From Eledone cirrhosa (Eukaryota): a DNA stretch of 64,000 nt. Positions 25,666 to 39,846 of this stretch are shown here, piece after piece. Below the pieces are notes generated by a model. The model was given only the letters and a program-made list of their open reading frames with translations. It was not told the DNA's origin and ran no database searches. The position numbers and the translations under genes are program-made. Every line of letters starts with the position of its first letter. Position 1 is the first letter of the stretch. The DNA is taken from assembly GCA_964016885.1 (NCBI GenBank), contig OZ024742.1, positions 331,824,001-331,888,000 on the forward strand. Reading direction: 5' to 3'.

Positions 25666-28436
25666 TTTTGCTGTTGGTGATGTTTTTACTTGTATTGTTG
25701 TTGTTGGCGATGCAATGTGATTGCTTTGTAGTATAATGTCAGTTTCATAAAATATCATTAAAATTACATATGTATGGCTGAACTAAAAAGCCGAAGAAAT
25801 GCAAGTCTTTACAATATACTTAAAGGTTAACTTCTTTTTTTAAATTTATATGTAAGCTTATTTGTTCAGACTTTCTTATTTTTATGTCTTTTTATTTTGT
25901 TTTTGGTTCTGTTCTGAACGACTGTTTGAGTGTTCCTTCCATCTTACTACTACGCCATCTGCCTATGATTACTGAAAGTATTTTGTATTGAAATGTTTGA
26001 TCGTCTTTCAAATATATTTTAGTATTATATTACTTTATTTATTTTCTGTTTTCTGGAAATGTGATTGCTTTATTTCTTAAATATGTATATTCTGTTTAAT
26101 CAAATTCTGATGCCCCGGCTAATTTTGTACTGGTTGCCAAAGATACAAAAAGCACCAGTACGACCACCAATAATAATGCCGCTTGCATCACCCATAATAG
26201 CAATTTTCCCGTCACCATCCTCCGAAATACATACTTACACTACAACCGCAAGCAACATAACTGCTGCCATATGTACGGTTATCAATTTAACAAGCTCCAC
26301 GACCATCACCAACATCAGTCTTTATCTCCTGTTTTTTAGTCTCTCGAAACTATCGTTGCTATTAAAAGGAAAATACTTTCTCCTAGTCCTCAGATTAATT
26401 TCCGTGTGTACCTCTTATGGTTTTATTGCTGTAAGTTGTTTTGTCCTGTTTTTACTCCAGGGACAGTGCTTTGGCTTGTTTGCCAGACGATGTGATCCCG
26501 ATTGGAACAGCATTACCCACGGTAGGGTTCGAAACTGCCTAAGTTCACCCCAACGGCTGAAGACCTTGGTGTCCTTTGTCATTCGTTTGTCTTTTTCCAT
26601 TGATTCTTTTTTTCTAATTTAAAAAACAATTGCTTAAATGATTCTCCTTTTAACACATTTTGTTCTCTCTTGTTTTCGATTGCATTGTTCTCCTATTTCA
26701 CACACTCATTCTAGACAAGCAGGATAGATACATACCCACAATTCTTTACAACATTAGTAAATTCAATCAATGGCTCTAACCAATTTTCTGAGATCCAAAC
26801 GACTAATAATACGTGTTGAAGACTATTAACTGTTGCATTTATATGAAGTCAATCTCGTCCAGAATTGCTATGGTCACCCCCACCATCTACAGACATACAA
26901 TAAATGACCTTACAATGGAGACTATACACACTATCCAGATATTCCTGAATATATGCGACATAGAATTGCACGAGCAGGGCTGGCGTCGAACCACTACGAA
27001 AATGAAGAAAATCAACCACGATATTTGCAAAAAACATAAGCGCTATATCATCATTATCAACAACCATCGAAGATTCGTGTACGTGGTAGTTTAACCTACT
27101 AGGAATAATGGGGAAATATCTCACAAAATACATTTTCAAGTCAACCAATGAGGCACATATTATGGGTTCAGGATGATATTTGATCGGAAATAGGTAGGAT
27201 GATCATGGCTGTATTGACATTTTTCATGCGCGTTCCCAGGTAAGACATACTAAAGTTTAAACAACACAAACAAAAATAAAATGACCTCAAATTATCTCTC
27301 AACATCGCAACCACCACTGACACCACCAACAAAAACAACATTAAAACAAACAACAAAACCATCATCGTCAGCATCATTAACTTCACGAAAACAACCAACA
27401 AGCAGTACCATAAGCAACAGTATGGTACTACAACGCGCCACTATTGACAATGAAAGCAACTTCCATTCCAAAGCCATCATCATTAATACGCACAAACTCT
27501 CTACCATCATCACAAACACAGAAGCAACACTACCAACACGAACATAATCACCAAATTATTCCTCCTACGATGTCACCACCACAAACAACAAAACCACAAC
27601 AAATGCCGCAGTAGCCTTTGCACTACAAACATCACCACTACTGCCATCACAATTAAAAACAACATCAAAATCACTACCATCCATCACAAGCATCACTATG
27701 TTAATCAGAACTGCCAACGTCATCAACATTATTATCACCACCATCATTCTCCCTCAATTCTCACCTCAACATCCCCACCTAGGCCACCGTCTGTGTTACC
27801 TCCATTTCAATTAATGACGGTAAAATTCGTCGGTAAAAATACAGATGGAATCTGTTTTCTCTGATCACCTCACGGTTTGTTGCTTCTTGCTGGGATACCA
27901 ACTTCTTTGAATTCATTTCAAATCTCTCTTTGTTTTCTTTCCCTTTCTTATTCCAACCGTTTTACTCTTTCTTCTCCTTTCTCTTTTATTTCTTAATGAA
28001 ATAAGGAATATTATAAAAAGAAAGAAGCCAAAGCAAACATACTTTGCAAAACTCTTTGATCTCATAGTTTGCTAGTATATTTGTTTATTTTTCTCTTTCG
28101 GATTCTTTATTTTTTACTTAGTTTTTCCTAATTTCTATTTTTGATTGTATGTTTTCTTGTTTTGGGGTTCTCATTTTACTATCGGCATTTCTTCGTATCC
28201 TACGAATTTCATATCCAATATCATCATCATCATCATCATTTCTCTCCGAATCATTATCATTATCGTCATCCACGTCATTCATCATCATTAACACAACCAT
28301 AAACATCATTCATTATAATCAACATTCATCATAATTATCAAGGCCTTCTTTTCTTCTGCTTCTTCTTAAGATGATAAATTACTTTTTAATATCCTATTAT
28401 TATTATTATTATTATTATAATTATTATTATTATTAA

Positions 28437-28477
28437 TGTCCCCTACACGTAGGCCCTTGTGGCTAATAAATGAAATC
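28437..28477 (+). mobile_element. Extremely 5'-truncated Tx1-type 3' stub next to (ATT)n
   Basis: CCCTTGTGGCTAATAAA resembles the 3' terminus CCCTTGTGGTTAATAAA of the element ending at 44065. Confidence 0.5.
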
Positions 28478-28482
28478 TTTTA

Positions 28483-28654
28483 GCAGTATCGGTAGAGGGT
28501 CGGACGCCATGCTTTCCAGCATAGTTACGTCCCTTTACGATCTGAGTTCAAATCCCGCCGAGGTAGACTTTGCCTTTCATCCTTACGGGGTCGATAAAAT
28601 AGAGTACCAGTAATGCACTGGGTAATTGCTGGGCTTGTGCCTAAAGTAGAAACA

Positions 28655-28660
<6 letters not shown>
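28483..28660 (+). mobile_element. SINE copy whose (ATT)n tail abuts the Dong element
   Basis: Near-identical to the 4596 copy from GCAGTATCGG onward. Confidence 0.92.
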
Positions 28661-28690
<30 letters not shown>

Positions 28691-28699
28691 GTTATTGTT

Positions 28700-31600
28700 A
28701 TTCCTTGAATCTCAGTCATTGATGTTGGTTAACTGGAAAGTCCGTTGGATTGAATATCAAGCCACTACCTGCAGCCTCAGATATTCAGGACGTATCGGAG
28801 GGTTCTTGCTGTTCCAAGCAAGCATGCCTTTTGAAGCGTTCCAAAAAGCGTGAAGGGGCCGATTTTCTTTAACCATCCCTGGAAACTTTTGGAGATAGTC
28901 CCCAGTGCTCCTATGACAATCGGGATCACTTTGACATCATGGCAGTTCCAAATCCTTTTCACCTCCCACTTTAGGTCCTGGTATTGGTTAATTTTCTCCC
29001 TCTCCTTCTCTTGCACTCTCGTGTCGAACGGGCAGGCCACATCCACAATCAGGCACGATCTTTTTTCTTTGTCCACAACCACCAGGTCAGGTCTATTGTG
29101 TTCCAGTTTTTTGTCCGTCTGTATCCTAACATCCCACAGCACCTTCACCTGATTGTTCTCCATCACCGCCTCTGGCCTATGCTCATACCATTTCTCAGAA
29201 TGTGGTAGATTGTTTACTTTGCACAGGTGCCAGTGGATCACCCTGCCTATCACATCGTGTCTCCAGCCCTTATAGTGGGTCTGGGCTAGGTGTTTACACT
29301 CGGACACAATGTGAGCCACAGTCTCCTCTCTCTCTCCACAGATCCTGCACAGTGGGCTAGCCTCCTCCTTGTAGATATGGTGCTTCAACCACTTCGTTTT
29401 GAGGGCCTGCTCCTGCGCAGCCATTAGCATTCCTTCTGTAGCCTTTTTGAGGTCTCCTCTTCTCAACCAGTTCCATGTCTGTGGATCTCTAAATTCAGTT
29501 TTCTCAAAGAAGGTACTATGAAGGGATTTTCCCTTAAGGCTGCACTTCCTCCTTGATGTTATTTCCTCCCTGGACATCCCCTGGCCTACTGTCCCCTCCT
29601 TCAGTACAGTTCTGAGCATTGGCTCCTTACTATAGGTCACGTATTTGTATAGGTTGTTTTTCTCCATCTGAACACAGTCCTCTATGCTGATAAGGCCTCT
29701 TCCACCCTCAGATCTCCTTAGGTAGAGTCTATCGACATCACTCCTCTTGTGGAACATGTTGTAGATAGTCAATAGCTTCCTAGTCTTCCTATCCATTTCT
29801 TTTTGTTCAGCAACATTCCATCTCAGAATTCCCGCACTGTACCTAATAATAGACACAGCTCGGGAATTTACTGCGCTTATGGCATTTCTGCTGTTCAGAT
29901 GTGACTTCAATACGCTCCTTACTCTCCGAATGTATTCAGTTCTTAACAATTCCTTCATTTTTTTGTTCTTTATGCCATCAGCCTCCAGAACGCCCAAATA
30001 CTTGTATCCTTCCTCAGAGTCAATTTCCTTTATCATCTCACCTGTTGGTATCTGGATCCCGTTACTTCTGCTCAACCTACCCCTCTTCATCACAATGACT
30101 CCACATTTACCAATACCAAACTGCATACATATATCACTGCTGAAAATACGGACAGTGTCAACAAGCACATCCAACTCCTTCTCACTTTTCCCGAAGAGCT
30201 TAAGATCGTCCATGAAGAGGAGGTGATTGATGGTAAGCTCTCCCCTTCCCAACTTGTATCCTGCTCTCACTTTTCGCAGCATAATGGTCAAGGGCATCAG
30301 GGCAAGGACAAACAACAGAGGGGACAGGCTATCTCCCTGGAAGATACCTCTCTTGATCTTCACGCTTCCCAAGGATACTCCAGTTGATGTCAACTCTGTC
30401 TCCCAGGACCCCATACTCCTGCCTAGCAACTGTCTGATGTTATCTGCCACCCTGAAGATCTCCAGGCTTTTGGTGATCCAGGAATGAGGCACCATGTCAA
30501 ATGCCTTTCTGTAGTCTATCCATCCCATGGCAAGATCAGTGTGTCTCCTCCTGCAATTCCCCATTACCATCTTATCAATAAGCAACTGGTCCTTTGTACC
30601 ACGTGACTTCTTTCGGCATCCTTTCTGTTCGTCCGGTAACAAGTTGTTTGTGTGGAGGTGATGGTAGATTTCCTCAGACACAATGCTCGTCAACAGTTTC
30701 CACATTACGGGCAGACATGTGATAGGTCTATAGTTGGTAGCATCATTACCCTTGATTCGGTCTTTCATTATCAGAACTGTGGTACCTTTTGTCAACCACT
30801 CTGGCACCTCACCCGACACCAAGCAGTCATTGAACATGGCCGTCAGCTTCGGGTGGAGGGATGTTAAATGTTTAATCCGATACCCCTGCACACCATCTAG
30901 GCCTGGCGATTTCCAGTTGGTTAGTTTTTAGGCTTGCCCCTTAAGAGTTTCAACTGTGATACTCAAATCAGTCTGTTGCTGTGCCTGCTCACCGATCTCC
31001 CTCTGTACTGTCTCAATCCACCCTGCCTGGGCATTGTGTCTAACATCCTGCTCCCATATTCCTCTCCAGAATGTTTTAGTTTGTTCCGCCCCAGGGATCA
31101 AGTCGTTGCCTCTTTCTTTGCCCTCAAGCTGTCCAAACAGCATCTTCTGGTTGTTGTCGAACATGCGGTTCTGTTTATACTGACTTACTCTGTTCTCGTA
31201 TCGCCTGATTTTTGCACTCTTTGCTACAATGCGTTGCTTCAATTCCTCTATGATAATATTTAGCTTTTTACTCCTAGTTTTGTATTTTATTTCCAGTCTA
31301 TTTTTAGTGCCTATGTTATTTAGTGTCCCATTCAGTAGTGACTCAAGCTTTCCTATGTCATTTCTCATTTCCCCGATTTGCCCACTCAGTCGCTTCTTCC
31401 ACCACGGCTCTGCTCTTTCTTGTCTGTTGTTTCCTCTCGCTTTTATACCAAGTAGTTTCCTCACCGTATTTGCTGTTGCTCTGAGGATATTGTTGCACTG
31501 GTGAAGGCTCCTCGCCTCAAGGTATGGGATGACTTTGTTTACCTTAGCTGTTGTTTCTTTTAACTTGTTCCTGTCTACAAATCTTAGGTTCATAGGTCTC

Positions 31601-32290
31601 CCACTATCATTGTTCAATTCATCTACCACTAAATTTAGGATGTCAACCGAATCTTGTCCTAGCCCGTCAGCATTCATCTCCTCAGTGGCCGTATCCCTGT
31701 TCCGGGTATTATTTATCTCAGTATTCAGATCATTGTCTGCTTCGGGTGGTTCCTCCGTTCTCAGGACCTCCTCACCTTCATTTCCCACCGGCTCGCTTGT
31801 CTGGCATACTACACCCGCCATCTCCAAGCCATTCTCTCTGCTCAGTTCCTCCAGTTCCAGCTCGCTTATCCACCCATTAGTTCTTATTACCTGAGCCTGT
31901 CCGGCCAATTTTTGTTCATCTAATTTAAATAAACCAATCTCGTTCCAGATGTTATGCATCCGTCTCCTGTAGCCCCTCTCCTTGGGGTTACTTTTCAGGT
32001 AGCATTGCATAACAGTTCTATTCAATTCTTTCGTCCAGTTGGTTCTGGCCCCTTTCCTTCTTCTCCTTCCTCCAACATCAGCAGTATTTGGTTGACAGTC
32101 AGGTTCCTGCTGCTGAGCCAGGGGGCACCTGTTGGGTGAGAGTCTGTCACATGACGTTCTAGTCTCCATTTCACCGTTATTCGAACTGTTTATGTTCGAT
32201 ATTTAAACACTCTTATCGAGGATTGGCGAATGTATGTTTACATAGCCATCTGTGGATCCGCCATCCCACTTGGCCCTTGTGTGGCATTAT
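28700..32290 (-). mobile_element. Near full-length Dong/R4-type non-LTR retrotransposon (RT plus restriction-like endonuclease)
   Basis: A single long frame with RT and RLE motifs. The 3' end runs into (TAA)n. Confidence 0.92.
28777..32169 (-). pseudogene. Dong/R4 polyprotein ORF, 1131 codons with one in-frame stop at 30928-30930
   Basis: ORFs 30928-32169 and 28777-30891 are in frame. Motifs: NYRPITCL, IDYRKAFD, GIFQGDSLSP, FMDD, CRIC..H..C zinc knuckle, RHD, RPD..D..K. Confidence 0.92.
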
Positions 32291-33273
32291 CACCACGCTG
32301 TATACGAACACACATAAACAAACAAACACACAGGCAGAAAGTGCCCCAGAAATGAATAAGCATAAGTTTCATTGTAATGTAGTGTTCGAATGTCTGACTT
32401 AGTTTTAGTTTTTTAAGTTTTACTTTTTCCCCCCTCTTCTCTGTCCGTCCGCCTGCTTCTCTCTTCATTCTTATTTTCTTTACGTTTTGGGGGTTTCTTT
32501 TTTTGTTTTTGTTTTTCTCTGTTTGTTTTTCTCGTTTTTTGCTGTTGTTGCTGTGCTGCTTTGGTTTTGTTGTTTGTTTTTTCTTTTTTCTTTTGAGTCT
32601 ATCTATATATTTTGATGCCTTCCTCTTTGTTAGTAGTAGGAATTCTATAATGTGGAAGTAGCAGCCAGCGGGGGGAAGTGGGAGACTGGCGGCGGTAGCG
32701 ATACTGAGACAGTGGTGGTGGTGATGTCGATACCGAGGCAGTGGTGGCGGTGATGTGACCGTATTACTGTAGTGATGGTGCTGTAGCGGTGGCAGTAGTG
32801 AAGGAGTCAAGGGGTGGTGGCGGCGGTGATGGGATAGTGGTGGTAATGATGGCCGTAGTGAGCGGTGGCGGTGAAGGTGAAAATGTCGTTATCTGGCTGT
32901 TGTGTTTAGTGTACACAGATGATGGGGTGGGTGGTGTATCTAGTTTCTGGTGTTGGTGAGTTTAGCTGTCTTATATAGTGTAGCCAGAGGAGAGGAGGGG
33001 GGGGGGGTTCTTCTTCCATTTATAGCCATTTTCTTTTTTGGATATACAGTGTACAATACAAAGTTGAATATTTGAATATTTGAGCCTTATAACAATATAT
33101 TTTGGGTCCGAATTTTTTGGGGCTCAAGCCGGGTGCTTTACGTAGCATTTGTACTAAGAGTTGTTATTTCACAAATGATTTAAATATGTTAAAAATTCAA
33201 AACTTACGGGAGCGATTTCATGACCTCCGTCACCTCGTGCGTCTTCTTCCCTTCTTTATTATTATTATTATTA

Positions 33274-33314
<41 letters not shown>

Positions 33315-33316
<2 letters not shown>

Positions 33317-35160
33317 AGCTGCATTTATCTTGATTTATGATTATACGAGTTATCACCAAGTCACAACCAGTGACCTTAACAAACAACAAGGTCCCCCATG
33401 TTCAAGAAAGAACATACATACTCACACATGCATCTTTAGGTGATTAGACTTGTGATGTTCTTATATTGACAGAATCTTCCTTAGTATATGGGCAGTTCCC
33501 ATTAGTACTATCTTTTGTATTTCTCCTATACGCGGGTTTCCTGGGATTTGCGATATGTAATCATTAGACCCCTTAGGTATCATTCCTAGAACGCCTACAA
33601 CCACTGGTATTGTTTTAGTTCTCAATTTCCACATTTTTCCAATTTCTATCTCCATGTCCTTATACTTGCTCAATTTTTCAAATGTTTTTATAGATACATT
33701 CTTGTCTATTGGAACGGACATATCAATTAGCAGGCATACCCTCTTTTTAAAGTCCTTCAATATTATATCAGGTCTATTTGCATCTATTTTTCGGTCTGTT
33801 TGGATGCTAAAGTTCCACAAGATTGCGATGTGATCTTTTTCAAGTATGGGAGGTGGTTGATGCTCCCACCAATTCTTTTGATGGGGCAGGTCAAAATGCT
33901 TACACATTATCCAATGTATGTATTGTGCAGCTCTGTCATGCCTGTTTAGGTATTCGGTTGGAGCTATAGGACTGCACATTGAAATTATATGGTCAATGGT
34001 CTCTGGTTGTTTTTTATATACATGGCATAATGGGATGCATCCATTTTTTTTTTTTTTATTATGTTGGCTTGGTAATTTTTTGTTGGCAGACACTGATCTT
34101 GTGCTGATATAATCAGTCCTTCAGTCTCTGATTTCAGTCCAGAGGATGCCAACCACTGATTGGTTAAAGTTTTGTCAACATAAGGATTGTTAGCTCGTTC
34201 TTGGTATTTTCCATACATAGGCTGTTCTTGCCATTTCTTAGCCAGTTTCTGTAGCAGTTCTTTCTTTGCAGTTACCTTTACCTGCTTTGCTTTTTCTGTG
34301 TTTTCCATTTCAGCAGTAAATGGGACTTCTGAAATTTGTAGTCCATTACTGTATCTTTGTGCATCTTTTGTAATGGAGTATGATCTTTTGATGCTTTCGT
34401 GTTTCAAAACGAGTTTGATCATCCAATCATGTGATTCCCTTAGATATGTAGATAATCCAATTGTTGCAGTTTTCAACGCAATGTCTAACTGGATTAACCC
34501 ACGTCCTCCTTCTTTCCTAGGGAGATATATTCTATCTGTATCTGCCTTAGGGTGATGCATTCTGTGCATGGTTAAGGATTTTCGAATTTTTGTATCGAGC
34601 CTACGGATCTATGTGCTTGACCAGTTGATGACATTGTAACTGTAGGTTACTACTGGTATGGCAAGCGTATTCATGGCATCGATCCTATTCCTTGCATTCA
34701 ATTCCGTTCTTAAGATTGCTCTTACTCTGCGGTAACATTCCTTCCTTATCCTTTCCATCATTGTCGAGTGCTTGATTCCGTCTCCTTCACAAACACCTGG
34801 ATACTTGTAAGTTTCCTCTTGATCAAGTTCTCTTATCACATTCCCACGATCAAGATTAATGTCTGAACTTTTCAGCAACTTTCCTCTGGTGAACGTTGCT
34901 TTGGCGCATTTATGTAGTCCAAACTCCATTTTAATGTCACCACTGAACTGCTTCACAATGGATAATAGCCCTTGCAATTGTTCATTAATTTTTGCAAATA
35001 GTTTCAGGTCATCCATGTAGAACAAGTGATTAATGGTTTTGTCATAGACTTTATATGCATGTTTTGTTTCATTGAGCATTTTACTTAATGGTATAAGTGC
35101 GATGCAGAGTAAAAGCGGTGATAAAGAGTCACCCTGAAAAATTCCACATTTAATATTAAC
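33315..35160 (-). mobile_element. Dong/R4-type element, family 2, 5'-truncated copy
   Basis: GIFQGDSLSP, YMDD, RHD and RPDIILKD motifs, frameshifted, flanked by (TAA)n on both sides. Confidence 0.92.
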
Positions 35161-35178
35161 ATTATTATTATTATTATT

Positions 35179-38100
35179 ACAGCTGCATTTATCTTTCTTT
35201 ATGTTCATACGAGTTATCACAAAGTCACAACAAGTGACCTCAAGAGACAACAAGGTCCGCCATGTTCAAGAAAGAACATACATACTCACACATGCATCTT
35301 TAGGTGATGAGACTTGTGATGTACTTATATTGACAGAATCTTCCTTAGTATATGGGCAGTTCAAATTAGTACTATCTTTTGTATTTCTCCTATACGCGGG
35401 TTTCCTAGGATTTGCGATAAGTAATCTTTAGACCCCTTAGGTATCATTCCTAGAGCGCCTACAACCACTGGTATTGTTTAGTTCTCAATTTCCACATTTT
35501 TCCAATTTCTATCTCTAGGTCCTTATACTTGCTCAATTTTTCAAATGTCTTTATAGATACATTATTGTCTATTGGAACGGACATATCAATTAGCAGGCAT
35601 ACCCTCTTTTTAAAGTCCTTCAATATTATATCAGGTCTATTTGCATCTATTTTTCGGTCTGTTTGGATGCTAAAGTTCCACAAGATTGCGATGTGATCTT
35701 TTTCAAGTATGGGAGGTGGTTGATGCTCCCACCAATTCTTTTGATGGGGCAGGTCAAAATGCTTACACATTATCCAATGTATGTTTTGTGCAGCTCTGTC
35801 ATGCCTGTTTAGGTATTCGGTTGGAGCTATAGGACTGCACATTGAAATTATATGGTCAATGGTCTCTGGTTGTTTTTTACATACACGGCATAATGGGCTG
35901 CATCCATTTTTTTTTATGTTGGTTTGGTAATTTTTTGTTGGCAGACACTAATCTTGTGCTGATATAATCAGTCCTTGACTCTCTGATGTAAGTCCAGAGG
36001 ATGCCAACCACTGATTGGTTAAAGTGTTGTCAATATAAGGATTGTTAGCTCGTTCTGGGTATTTTCCATACAGAGACTTTTCTTGTCATTTCTTAGCCAG
36101 TTTCTGTAGCAGTTCTTTCTTTGCAGTTACTTTTACCTGCGTTGCTTTTTCTGTGTTTTCCATTTCAGCAGTAAATGCGAGTTCTGAAATTTGTAGTCCA
36201 TTATTGTATCTTTGTGCATCATTTGATGCTTTCGTGTTTCAAAACGAGTTTGATCATCCAATCATGTGATTCCCTTAGATATGTAGATAATCCAATTGTT
36301 GCAGTTTTCAACGCAATATCTAACTGGATTAACCGACGTCCTCCTTCTTTCCTAGGGAGATATATTCTATTTGTATCTGCCTTAGCGTGATGCATTCTGT
36401 GCATGGTTAAGAATTTTCGAATTTTTGTATCGAGCCTACGGATCTCTGTGCTTGACCAGTTGATGGCATTGTAACTGTAGGTTACTACTGGTATGGCAAG
36501 CGTGTTTATGGCATCGATCCTATTCCTTGCATTCAATTCCGTTCTTAAGATTGCTCTTACTCTGCGGTAACATTCCTTCCTTATCCTTTCCCTCGTTGTC
36601 GAGTGCTTGATTCCGTCTCCTTCACAAACACCTAGATATTTGTAAGTTTCCTCTCGATCAAGTTCTTTTATCACATTCCCACGATCAAGATTAATGTCTG
36701 AACTTGTCAGCAACTTTTCTCCGGTGAACGGTGCTTTGGCGCATTTATCTAGTCCAAACTCCATTTTAATGTCATCACTGAACTGTTCCACAATGGATAA
36801 TAGCCCTTGCAATTGTTCATCATTTTTTGCAAATAGATTCAGGTCATCCATGTAGAACAAGTGATTAATGGTTTTGTCATAGACTCTATATCCATGTTTT
36901 GTTTCATCGAGCATTTTATTTAATGGTATAAGTGCGATGCAGAATAAAAGCGGTGATAAAGAGTCACTCTGAAAAATTACAAAATTAATATTAACTTCTC
37001 CAGCTTCCAGTAATTTTGTTTCACTATTCAAAAGGAGTGTCGTTTTTCATGTCTTCATACTGAATGACAAAAATCTCCTGACAACGGGAGATATTTTGAA
37101 AATCTCTAAACATTTTTCAACCGAATGCTTTTTTATAATCTATCCAAGCAATTGATAGATTTTTGTGTCTATTATGACAATCTTCCAGTATCATTTGTTA
37201 ACCAAAAGCTGATCCTTACAGCCATATGAGCCTCGTTTACACCCTTTCTTCTCAATGGGCAATAGGTCATTTGTTATCAGGTGGTCATATGTATATTCAG
37301 TTAGGACTGATGTTAAAATTTCATACATTGTGGTCCAGCAAGTTATCGGTCTGTAATTTTTGGGATTGTTTATCTCATCATTCTTCGGAAGCAGGACTGT
37401 AATACCGTTAACTAGCCATGATGGTATCTTTTCTGGCTCCTTAACTATTTCATTGTAATGTTGGGCTAACAGCTCATGAGACTCTGTGAAGGCATTTATC
37501 CAAAAATTTGGTATTTTGTCTTTTCCTGGGGATTTCTATTTGCTGGTTTTTCTTAGAGCCAAACGCAGCTGTTCAACTGTTATATTTTCACATATTTGTT
37601 CCTCAAGGTGAGCTGTATCTTTCATTTGTCTGTCTATCCATGGGGCATGTATATTATGAATTTTTTCTTCGGCCCAGATTTTTTCCCAGAATTCTTACAC
37701 TTCCTCCTTAGGTGGTATTGATTTAGCAGTTATTGTTGACTTACCAATTTTTCTGTAGAAGTTTCTTTGGTTGTTTTTGAACATATTATTGTCCTTATAG
37801 AATCTAGATCGTTTTTCAAAGCGCCTTATACGAGCAGCTTTGGCCGACACTTTTTGCTTGATTATTTCTATTAGCATGTCTATGTCACTTGTTGATTTTA
37901 TACTGTACTTTCTTTTCAATTTTCTAAGTTTAGTTTGTTTAACATGTTCACCTACTTTATAGTTTGTTAAAATTTCCATGTCAGATCGGAGAAGGTTTAT
38001 TTGGCGATTGATGTTCTCTTGCCAAGTATTTTTTTGTGGGAATTCCTTTGTTTTTTCATCTTCACTCCACATAAGTGAGTGGTGACTTTAGCCGATGCAT

Positions 38101-39085
38101 AATAGAGGTGATTTAAATCAGTAATGTTTAGTTGTTTGTGATGATAATGTTTTTGAGAATTATGTTAGTCTTGTGTATTATCTTTTGGTTCTGTTTGGAG
38201 TTCTGGATCTTAGGGAGGGTGTCTCGTTCCCCCATATCAGATTCTTTCATTTTCATCCATTCGATCATAATTTCATCCTTCAAGTTGGCAAGTTCATTCT
38301 CATTCATTTCTTTGTCATTTACGATCTCATTGTTTTGATTTTGAGTTTCATCTTGAGCATGCACTCCCTCCACTTTTTCGATCCTTTCTTTAATTTGTTC
38401 TGTTGTCAGTGATTCCGCCCCAACCCTGGGATTCGAAGTGTTACAATTTACCTCGTTTTCACTGACACATGTTTCATCTTCCATTCGCTGACTTTGTGCT
38501 AATAGCTTGATCTGATCAATTTCTATATCAGTTGGTAACTTTTTTTTTACAATATTTCTTCGTATATTGGCTAGTTTGTTGCTGTCAATATAGCCTCTGT
38601 ATTTGGGATGTTTCTTTTTCCAGTTGATATATGTCTGTTGTGTATTCGATGTATTTGATGGCAGTGTAGAAAGCCTCAAGTTCTTCTTTATTATCTTCCC
38701 TAGACCATTTTTCCCTCTTTTTCTTTGGATTATTTGGTGGTGAGCATGGAGGGCCAACAGCAGGAGTATTCCGGTTATGGGAGGTCTCCAGCTCCGAAGT
38801 GATGGGAAGGTTTGAACCATTAGCTGATTTTTCGACCCCAGTCTGGTTCCTCTCTGAGGGACGCGGCCCTTTTTGACCCGGGCGACGGCCGATCCGGTAT
38901 GAGATTTTATCATTTGACATTTAGTTTATTTTGTCGCGTTTTATCCTTATCCGCCAAGGAGTAATCATTTCGTGTTGCCACTTCTAGGACGAGTGTCAAC
39001 CAAGACTAGAGTGGTCGTCCTCCCCTAGAGACACGGCTATTCCCCGTCGGCCGCCATCCCGGTATTTCTTGGTCACGGGGTTTTC
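35179..39085 (-). mobile_element. Dong/R4-type element, family 2, apparently full-length but decayed
   Basis: ORF pieces 38585-38920, 38128-38913, 37695-38072, 36219-37031 (YMDD) and 35459-35842 (RLE). The 3' part is nearly identical to 33315-35160. Confidence 0.9.
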
Positions 39086-39846
39086 TTTTTTGTTGTTTTT
39101 TAAATTGTTATTATCATGAGTGGTTCCTTAATGTGAGCATTGCGTGGCTTAAGAATGAAATTATTAATAATATGATATACTTTTTGCTGAAGTTGCCTGT
39201 TATTGTTGTTGGCTATGTCGGTGGTGATGCTGGGGCCTTTTCTATTGTTGGTAGGGAAGGTGGGAGCCAGCAGTGCCATATTCGTTGACGTTTGGCCGGT
39301 GGCCGGGTCACTAAGTGAATCTATTTATATCTTTTACTAGCCTCTCCCTTGTCTAGTGATACCGCCACCTTCCCCTTTCTTAAGTTAACAGAAGGTAATG
39401 GAGGAATAGTGGTGGTAGCAATGAAGGAGTGGTGGCGGCGGTGATGGGATAGTGGTGGCAATGATGGATGAAGTGGTGGCGGCGGTGACTATAGTGATGG
39501 CGTTGTCGTTACTGGGTGTTTTTGAATAGACTAGTTTTGTTTGATCTGTGTATCTATGCGTTTGTCGCGTATGTTTAATATATGTGGAATTAAACATTTT
39601 GTTAAAACTTGAGACAATAATAATAGTAATTATTATTATTATGCTGAGATTGGTGGTGGTGGCGGTAAAATTGCCGTTATCTGGCTGTTGTATTTAGTGT
39701 ACACAGAGGAGTGATGGTGTAGGTGGTGTATCTAGTTTCTGGTGTTGGTGAAATTGCTGTTATTTGGCTGTTCTATATAGTGTAGACAGAGGGGGTTTTC
39801 TTCCATTTATAACCAATTCCTTTTTATTATTATTATTATTATTATT

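Noticed and set aside
26437-26530. Possible short host exon (polypyrimidine-CAG ... GTAGGG) or type-II hammerhead
   Set aside because: There is no recognisable peptide or neighbouring exon, and the stems are too weak for an HHR.
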